Source of the DNA: Caulobacter sp.
Lineage (GTDB): Bacteria > Pseudomonadota > Alphaproteobacteria > Caulobacterales > Caulobacteraceae
Assembly (NCBI GenBank): GCA_019636175.1
Contig: JAHBYC010000002.1
Location: 62,759-126,758, forward strand
Direction of reading: 5' to 3'
DNA length: 64,000 bases
Shown here: one piece after another, positions 56,969-64,000 of the stretch
How positions within the stretch are numbered: position 1 is the first letter of the stretch
Layout: each line of letters begins with the position of its first letter
Made by a program: the position numbers and the translations under genes
Notes under the pieces: generated by a model
What the model was told of the DNA's origin: nothing
Databases searched by the model: none
What the model saw: only the letters and a program-made list of their open reading frames with translations

Positions 56969-57913
56969 TTGGCGCGCAAACGCCCCAAAGGTGTCCTTGA
57001 GTTGGGCTGGGCCTGTTTCGAGAGCGCTGCGCAGGGCCGCTCCGAGCATGTTCCGACCGCCGAGCTCTATCCCGACACCGTGGTGCAGCGCGTCAGCCTG
57101 ACCGCCGGCGGCGATCACGGCTGGACCCTTTCGGCCCTGACTACGCCGCGCGCCAGGCCGGCGCCCTGGAAGATCGTCGTCGTCACCGGCGCGCCCAGCT
57201 GGGCTGAATACTGGGCTCCGGTGCTGGCCGAACTGCCGGCCGACCGCGAAATGATCGTCGTCGATCGCCCCGGCTTCGCCGGCAGCGAGCCGGTGGAATA
57301 CGTCGGCGATATCCGCGTCCAGGCCGAGGCTCTGATGCCGCTGCTCGACGTCGCTCCCGGTCAGCGCCTGCTTCTGGTCGGCCAGTCCTACGGCGCGGCG
57401 ATCTCTAGCCTGATGGCCGCCCGCCGCCCGAAGGGTCTGGCGGGACTGGTGCTGCTCTCCGGCTATCTGGGCGATCCTGGCCCTACCGCGCGTCTGCTCG
57501 TGCGGCTGGGCCAGAAGGTGCTGCGGATCATTCCCCGCGACCTGCGCAACGCCGTGCTTGAGGTCGCCGGCCAGCCGGGCCAGCTGGTGCATATGCGTCA
57601 GGCCCTCGAACGGATCGGCGCGCCCATCCACGTGATCCACGGCGACCAGGACGACTTCGCGCCCATCGAGAGCGCCGAGCGGCTGGTGCGGGAGGTTCGC
57701 ACGCTCCGCCCGATGCGGTTCCGCCGGGTGCCCGGAGCCAATCACTTCCTCAACGACGGTCCGCCCCGCGACCTGCTCGCGGAGCTTGAAGCCTGCCTGC
57801 CCGTGCGGGCGCCGCTGCACGAGACCCTGGCCGAACGGCTCAGGGACGCCGCCATCGCCGCCGGCGAGCTGTGGCGCGGCCTGTTCCGCCGCCGCGCCGT
57901 CGCCGGCGGCTGA
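56969..57913 (+). CDS. Alpha/beta fold hydrolase
   Basis: DRPGF, GQSYG, IHGDQD, ANHF; GAGGAG RBS before a TTG. Confidence 0.85.
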   Translation: MARKRPKGVLELGWACFESAAQGRSEHVPTAELYPDTVVQRVSLTAGGDHGWTLSALTTPRARPAPWKIVVVTGAPSWAEYWAPVLAELPADREMIVVDRPGFAGSEPVEYVGDIRVQAEALMPLLDVAPGQRLLLVGQSYGAAISSLMAARRPKGLAGLVLLSGYLGDPGPTARLLVRLGQKVLRIIPRDLRNAVLEVAGQPGQLVHMRQALERIGAPIHVIHGDQDDFAPIESAERLVREVRTLRPMRFRRVPGANHFLNDGPPRDLLAELEACLPVRAPLHETLAERLRDAAIAAGELWRGLFRRRAVAGG

Positions 57914-57930
57914 GACCGCGCCGCGTCTTT

Positions 57931-58941
<1,011 letters not shown>

Positions 58942-59045
58942 CTATCAGGGCGATCACCCCGCGTCAGGCAAGAGGCTGTTTCGACAGTCCGGACGGGCAG
59001 CGCTCATGACCTGACACCGTCGCTTTCGCGGACGGGAAAGCAACG

Positions 59046-60008
59046 TCAGGCCAGGCCGGCGCGGCCGATGGCGTAGAACCGCTCTGCCCGCTGGCTGATC
59101 AGTTCCTCGGCGCCCATGTTGGACAGGCTGGCAAGTTCGCCCTCGACCGCGTCGCCGACGGATTTGATCATCGCCTCGCGGTCGGCGTGGGCGCCGCCGG
59201 GGGGCTCGTCGATGATCCGGTCGACAATGCCCATCTTGATCAGATCCTGGGCGGTGATCTTCATCTGCTCGGCGGCGTCCTTGGCCCGGGCGCCGTCGCG
59301 CCACAGGATCGAAGCCGCCCCCTCGGGGCTGATCACCGAATAGATCGAATGCTCCAGGATCAGCACCCTGTTGGCCCCGGCCAGGGCGATGGCGCCGCCG
59401 GAGCCGCCCTCGCCGGTCACCGTGGCGATCATCGGCGTCTTCAGGGTCAGGCAGCGCTCGGTGCAGCGGGCGATGGCCTCGGCCTGGCCGCGCTCCTCGG
59501 CGCCCAGTCCGGGATAGGCCCCGGCGGTGTCGACAAAGCTGATCACCGGCAGGTCGTACTGCTCGGCCATGTCCATCAACCGCACGGCCTTGCGATAGCC
59601 CTCGGGCCTGGCCATGCCGAAATTGTGCTTCAGACGGGTCGTGGTGTCGTGGCCCTTCTCGTGACCCATGACCACTACCGGCCGGCCGCGGAACCGGCCC
59701 AGCCCGCCGATGATCGCCTGGTCGTCGGCGAATTTGCGGTCGCCGCGCAGCTCGACGAACTCCTCGATCAGGCCGGCCACATAGTCGATGAAGTGCGGCC
59801 GCTCCGGATGCCGGGCGACCTGGGTCTTCTGCCAGGGATCGAGCCGCGAATAGGCCTCGCGCCGCAGGGTGTCGAGGCGCGTCCGCAGGGCCTCGATCTC
59901 GGTGTCGAACGATCCCGCGCCCGCGGAATCCGAGAGCCGGGAGAGCTCCTCGATCTTGCCTTCAAGGTCGGCGATCGGCCGTTCAAACTCGAGATAGTGA
60001 TGGACCAT
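59046..60008 (-). CDS. accA: Acetyl-CoA carboxylase carboxyltransferase alpha subunit
   Basis: YLEFERPI, ARHPERP, NFGMARPEGYRKA, DTAGAYPG, GEGGSGGA, YSVISPEG. Confidence 0.97.
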   Translation of the reverse strand: MVHHYLEFERPIADLEGKIEELSRLSDSAGAGSFDTEIEALRTRLDTLRREAYSRLDPWQKTQVARHPERPHFIDYVAGLIEEFVELRGDRKFADDQAIIGGLGRFRGRPVVVMGHEKGHDTTTRLKHNFGMARPEGYRKAVRLMDMAEQYDLPVISFVDTAGAYPGLGAEERGQAEAIARCTERCLTLKTPMIATVTGEGGSGGAIALAGANRVLILEHSIYSVISPEGAASILWRDGARAKDAAEQMKITAQDLIKMGIVDRIIDEPPGGAHADREAMIKSVGDAVEGELASLSNMGAEELISQRAERFYAIGRAGLA

Positions 60009-60110
60009 AGTTCGCCTAACGCAGCCCGCCGGGAAAGGTGGCGAACCTAGTGAAACCCGGCGCAAAGGGAAAGGGCGCTGTCATACTCCCGTTTCACGGC
60101 CAGACGGACC

Positions 60111-61061
60111 TCACGCGGCCAGCAGCGTCAGGGCGAAGGGGTGTTCCGGTGCGATCCAGGTCCGCTCGATCCGCCAGCCGCCGGCCGCCGCCAGGGCCGC
60201 AAGACGCTCGGAATCGAACTTGTAGGAGCTTTCGGTATGGATCGTCTCGCCTTCCGCGAAGGTGAAGGTCTCGCCGGAAACGGTCGCGGTCTGGTCCTTC
60301 CGCGACACCAGATGCATCTCGACCCGGGCGTCCCGCTCGTTCCACACCGCGCGGTGATCGAAGGCGTCCAGATCGAAATCGGCGGAGAGTTCGCGGTTGG
60401 CCCGCACCAGCAGGTTCTTGTTGAACCGCGCCGTCACCCCGGCGGCGTCGTCATAGGCCGCCTCCAGGGTCTCCCGGCCCTTGATCAGGTCGGCGCCGAG
60501 CAGCAGCTGGGCGCCCTTGCCCAAGTGACGCCGCATGGTTCGCAGCAGTCGCGCCGCTTCAGCGGGGGCGAAGTTGCCGATCGTCGAACCGGGGAAGAAG
60601 CCCAGCCGGGGCGCCTTGCCGACGGCCACCTCGCCTTCCAGGTGGGTGAAGTCCCCGGCCACGCCACGCACCGCCAGTTCCGGATAGACCTTGGCCACCT
60701 CGGCCGCCGTGGCCCGCGCCGCGCCCGGATCGATCTCCACGCACAGATAGCCCGCCGGGGCCTCCAGCGAAGACAGCAGCTTCACCGCCTTGGCCGCCGA
60801 GCCGGAACCGTATTCGACCACGGTCCGCCCCGGTCCGACAGCAGCGGCGATCTCGGCGCCCGCGCTGTCCAGCAGGGCCATTTCCGTCCTTGTCGGATAG
60901 TATTCAGGCAGCTGCGTGATCTCGCCGAACAGGGCCGAACCCTCGGCGTCATAGAACCACTTCGGCGGCGTCGACTTGGGCGACCGCGAAAGTCCGGCGA
61001 CCATGTCTTCCAGAAACAGGGCGCGTTCGAGTTCGGGGCGAAGCGGGCTTAGCTTGTTCAT
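60111..61061 (-). CDS. egtD: L-histidine N-alpha-methyltransferase EgtD
   Basis: PPKWFYD..GS.LF..IT.LPEYYPTRTE, FPGSTIGN, AYDDAAGVTA.FN, IHTESSYKF. Confidence 0.93.
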   Translation of the reverse strand: MNKLSPLRPELERALFLEDMVAGLSRSPKSTPPKWFYDAEGSALFGEITQLPEYYPTRTEMALLDSAGAEIAAAVGPGRTVVEYGSGSAAKAVKLLSSLEAPAGYLCVEIDPGAARATAAEVAKVYPELAVRGVAGDFTHLEGEVAVGKAPRLGFFPGSTIGNFAPAEAARLLRTMRRHLGKGAQLLLGADLIKGRETLEAAYDDAAGVTARFNKNLLVRANRELSADFDLDAFDHRAVWNERDARVEMHLVSRKDQTATVSGETFTFAEGETIHTESSYKFDSERLAALAAAGGWRIERTWIAPEHPFALTLLAA

Positions 61062-62311
61062 GCGCAGTCCTTGGCCAGTCGCAGGCCGGAGAACATCCAG
61101 CGCTGATGCGGTTCATAGAAGTTGCGGTAGCTGGCCCGCATATGTGGGGCCGGGGTCACGCAGGCGCCACCCCGAAGAACATTGCGGCCCGACATGAACT
61201 TGCCGTTGTATTCCCCGACCGCCCCGGCCGCCGGGGCAAAACCGCGATAGGGCGCATAGGCGCTGGCGGTCCATTCCCATACATCGCCGAACAGCTGGTC
61301 GCCGAGGGCCGGGGTTGGACGCAGGTAGCCCGCTTCAAGGAAATTTCCCGTGTTCGGCCGGCTTGAGGCGACGGCCTCCCACTCCGCCTCTGTCGGGAGC
61401 CGTGCGCCGGCCCAGCGGGCGTAGGCATCAGCCTCAAACAGGCTGATATGGCAGACCGGCGCGTCGGGATTGATTGGCTCGCGACCCGCCAGGGATCGAC
61501 AGGTCCACTGGTCGTCCAGCCGTTCCCAATAGGCCGGAGCCCGCCAGCCCTCCCTCTGCGCCCAGTCCCAGCCGTCGGATAGCCAATGGGACGGCTGCTG
61601 ATAGCCGCCGTCGTCCATGAACGCCTGCCATTCGCCATTGGTGACCAGTCGGTTCGCCAGACTGAAGGGCTCCAGCCAGACCTTTTGTCGAGGCCGTTCA
61701 CAATCAAAGGCAAAGCCAGCGGTTGGAGCGCCGATTTCGATGAGGCCGCCAGCATGCGCTATCCAGCCAGCCGGTCGGTTTACCCCGCCGGCGACGGCGG
61801 GAAGATCATTTCGGTAGGCCGGGGCCCCCGGATGCAATGCAAACAGGGCCAGAACATCCATCAGCAGCAGTTCCTGGTGCTGCTCCTCGTGATTCAGTCC
61901 CAATTCGATCAGGCTGGCCAATGGGGCCAGCGCCTTGGCGCCCGCTTCCACGAAGAACCGCGCCAATGCTTCATCGACGCGGTCGCGCCATGACAGGATT
62001 TCGGCGACCGTCGGCCGGGTAATCAAGCCCCGCTGCGGCCGGGCATGGCGATCTCCGACCGCCTCATAGTAGCTGTTGAAGAGATAGCGGGCGTCCTCAG
62101 GGGCTTCGGGCGCGACGCCGGCCGGGCGAAGAATGAACTCGTCGAAAAACCAGGTCGTGTGCGCCAGATGCCATTTGGCCGGGCTGGCGTCAGGCATGGC
62201 CTGTGATTGCATATCCTCGGCCGAAAGAGGCGCCGCCAGCTCACGGGTGCGCGCCCGAACCCGCGCCAGCGACTCACTGAGGGCCTCTCGATTTTCAGTG
62301 TCGAACGCCAT
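61058..62311 (-). CDS. egtB: Ergothioneine sulfoxide synthase EgtB
   Basis: PDASPAKWHLAHTTWFF, HEEQHQELL, FGE domain (RLPTEAEWE, GDVWEWT, YNGKFM, YRNF). Confidence 0.93.
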   Translation of the reverse strand: MAFDTENREALSESLARVRARTRELAAPLSAEDMQSQAMPDASPAKWHLAHTTWFFDEFILRPAGVAPEAPEDARYLFNSYYEAVGDRHARPQRGLITRPTVAEILSWRDRVDEALARFFVEAGAKALAPLASLIELGLNHEEQHQELLLMDVLALFALHPGAPAYRNDLPAVAGGVNRPAGWIAHAGGLIEIGAPTAGFAFDCERPRQKVWLEPFSLANRLVTNGEWQAFMDDGGYQQPSHWLSDGWDWAQREGWRAPAYWERLDDQWTCRSLAGREPINPDAPVCHISLFEADAYARWAGARLPTEAEWEAVASSRPNTGNFLEAGYLRPTPALGDQLFGDVWEWTASAYAPYRGFAPAAGAVGEYNGKFMSGRNVLRGGACVTPAPHMRASYRNFYEPHQRWMFSGLRLAKDCA

Positions 62312-62355
62312 GCCGCCCCTCCAACGCGCCGGGCGGCATTCCGCTCCCGCGTCCA

Positions 62356-62391
62356 TCCGATCCCTGCCTTGACGTCAAGGTAGGGATCGGA
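62356..62391. other. 36-nt near-perfect inverted repeat between the RTX gene and egtB
   Basis: TCCGATCCCTGCCTTGAC/GTCAAGGTAGGGATCGGA with one mismatch; no adjacent U-tract. Confidence 0.6.
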
Positions 62392-62420
62392 GGAGCAGAA
62401 AGCCACAAAAGCAATCCTGG

Positions 62421-64000
62421 CTAGAGCAGGAAGTCCCCGGCGTTGACGGGAATCACCCCGGTAAGCAGCACTTCAAAATCAGCCACTCCGTCTCCGTCGA
62501 CGTCTCCGAAAATGTGGGTTCCTTCCCCGTCAGTAACGAAGCGCAGTTGGCCAGCGGTGTTTGTGAAAGCGCCCGAGCCGATGAAGCTAAACGCCTGGTC
62601 GCCGGCGAGATTGGTATTGGCGTCAATCGCCCGCAGGTCCAGGACATCCAGAGCGTCGAAGTCCGAAATGACGTCCCTCAGTCCGGCCCCCACGCCACTG
62701 TCGCTGATCGCCTGAAGCGTAAAGACGTCTCGGCCCGCGCCGCCGATCATGGTGTCGGCGCCAGCTCCGCCGATGAGGGTGTCGTTCCCCTCGCCGCCAT
62801 CCAGCAGGTCGTCGCCATCCTCGCCGTACAGCACATCTTTGTCGTCGCCGCCGTATAGGCTGTCGCCTCCAAGACCGCCACGCAGAACGTCGGTCCCGGC
62901 CATGCCATAAAGGCCGTCCGCACCCGCGCCGCCGATCAGGGTATTGGCCTGGGCGTTGCCGGTTCCCGAGAAATCGCCGCTGCCGACGTATTGCAGGATT
63001 TCGATGTTATCGCTGAGCACATAGCTGGCGGACGTGGCGCGGACGGAATCCAGCCCTTCCCCGACCAGCTCGACGACGACGTCGGCTGCGTCGTCCACCA
63101 GGTAGACGTCGTTTCCTGCCCCGCCATACATCGTATCGGCGCCTGCGCCCCCGTCCAGGGTGTCGATGCCGGCTCCGCCGTAGAGGGTGTCGGCGCCGAG
63201 ATTGCCGAACAAGGTGTCGTTTCCGTCATCCCCGTTCAGGACATCGTCCCCGGCGCCGCCGTTGATGGTGTTGGCCAGGGCGTTGCCCGTCCCGTTGAAG
63301 GCGCTCGCGCCGACATAGGTCAGGATTTCGACATTGGCCGTCAGGGTGTAGCTCGACAGGTCCGCGAACACGGTGTCCGTCCCGGCTCCAGCGCCTTCGA
63401 CGACGACGTCGCCAGCGTCGTCGACATGGTAGCTGTCGTTGCCGCCGCCGCCGCTCATGGTGTCCGCGCCGGTTCCCCCGTCGAGGATGTCGTTGCCGAG
63501 ATCGCCGAACAGGTTGTCATCGCCGGCCTCGCCCAGAAGGGTGTCATTACCGTCGTCACCATGCAGGGTATCGGCGCCGTTGCCCCCAAGCAGCCGGTCC
63601 GCACCACCCAGCCCGGACATGTTGTCGTCGCCCGCTCCGCCGGTAAGAACATTGGCCCCGCTGTTGCCAACGCCGGTGAAGGCGCCGGAACCGGTATAGG
63701 TCATGTTCTCGAGCCCGGCCTCCAGGGTCCGGCTCACCGAGGTCAGGACAAGATCGACGCCGCTGCCATCGACGATCACGTCGCCGGCGTTATCGACATA
63801 GTAGGTGTCGTTCCCGGCCCCGCCGTTCATCACATCGGCGCCAGCGCCGCCGTCGAGAACATCATCGCCGCCAAGACCACTGAGATTGTCGTCTCCAGCG
63901 CCGCCGACGATATGGTTGGACAGGCTGTTGCCGGTTCCGGTGAAGGCGCCCGCACCATTGTAGAACAAGTTCTCAACGGCATTGGTAAGGGTATAGCTGG
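62421..64000 (-). CDS. RTX calcium-binding repeat protein (type I secretion substrate), 5' end outside window
   Basis: Many GGxGxDxL nonapeptides; serralysin-like C-terminus (DLRAIDAN..GDQAFSFIG..GDVDGDGVADF..DFLL). Confidence 0.9.
   Translation of the reverse strand, partial: SYTLTNAVENLFYNGAGAFTGTGNSLSNHIVGGAGDDNLSGLGGDDVLDGGAGADVMNGGAGNDTYYVDNAGDVIVDGSGVDLVLTSVSRTLEAGLENMTYTGSGAFTGVGNSGANVLTGGAGDDNMSGLGGADRLLGGNGADTLHGDDGNDTLLGEAGDDNLFGDLGNDILDGGTGADTMSGGGGNDSYHVDDAGDVVVEGAGAGTDTVFADLSSYTLTANVEILTYVGASAFNGTGNALANTINGGAGDDVLNGDDGNDTLFGNLGADTLYGGAGIDTLDGGAGADTMYGGAGNDVYLVDDAADVVVELVGEGLDSVRATSASYVLSDNIEILQYVGSGDFSGTGNAQANTLIGGAGADGLYGMAGTDVLRGGLGGDSLYGGDDKDVLYGEDGDDLLDGGEGNDTLIGGAGADTMIGGAGRDVFTLQAISDSGVGAGLRDVISDFDALDVLDLRAIDANTNLAGDQAFSFIGSGAFTNTAGQLRFVTDGEGTHIFGDVDGDGVADFEVLLTGVIPVNAGDFLL

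Noticed and set aside
62421-64000. Periodic DNA repeats as CRISPR or tandem repeat
   Set aside because: They encode RTX nonapeptides in frame; no repeat-spacer structure or cas genes.

Overview
GC-rich alphaproteobacterial chromosome segment, most consistent with Caulobacteraceae (Caulobacter/Phenylobacterium-like; inferred from gene content and promoter motifs). It holds about 55 CDS. I saw no rRNA, tRNA, CRISPR array, transposase or prophage. In order: a 'thermostable hemolysin'/AMP-ligase operon (cut by the window edge) divergent from an ECF sigma-FecR-TonB transducer module; dctD-dctB divergent from dctA-TonB receptor-PahZ1-like poly(aspartate) hydrolase; acyl-CoA genes; small genes with SigT/EcfG and FixK motifs; an orphan TpsB and wecB-nfrB; ribose/nucleoside, GST and ndh genes; a Pseudomonas-type class II PHA cluster; a membrane-anchored LuxR-type HTH module; a 12-gene LysR-dgcN-dgcA-TonB-deacylase-DAACS-2xGGT-aldolase locus; accA; egtBD; and a partial RTX protein. 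The main findings are three. (1) A same-strand +1-frame gene appears fully nested in the linker of the membrane-anchored LuxR gene (39504-39845 inside 39185-39955). (2) Two loci built on paralogous TonB receptors look like poly(acidic amino acid) utilisation systems, each with operator motifs readable from the sequence. (3) A shared ECF promoter motif links the surface-signalling module to the divergent biosynthetic-like operon. All family calls are by-eye motif recognition; no database searches were run.
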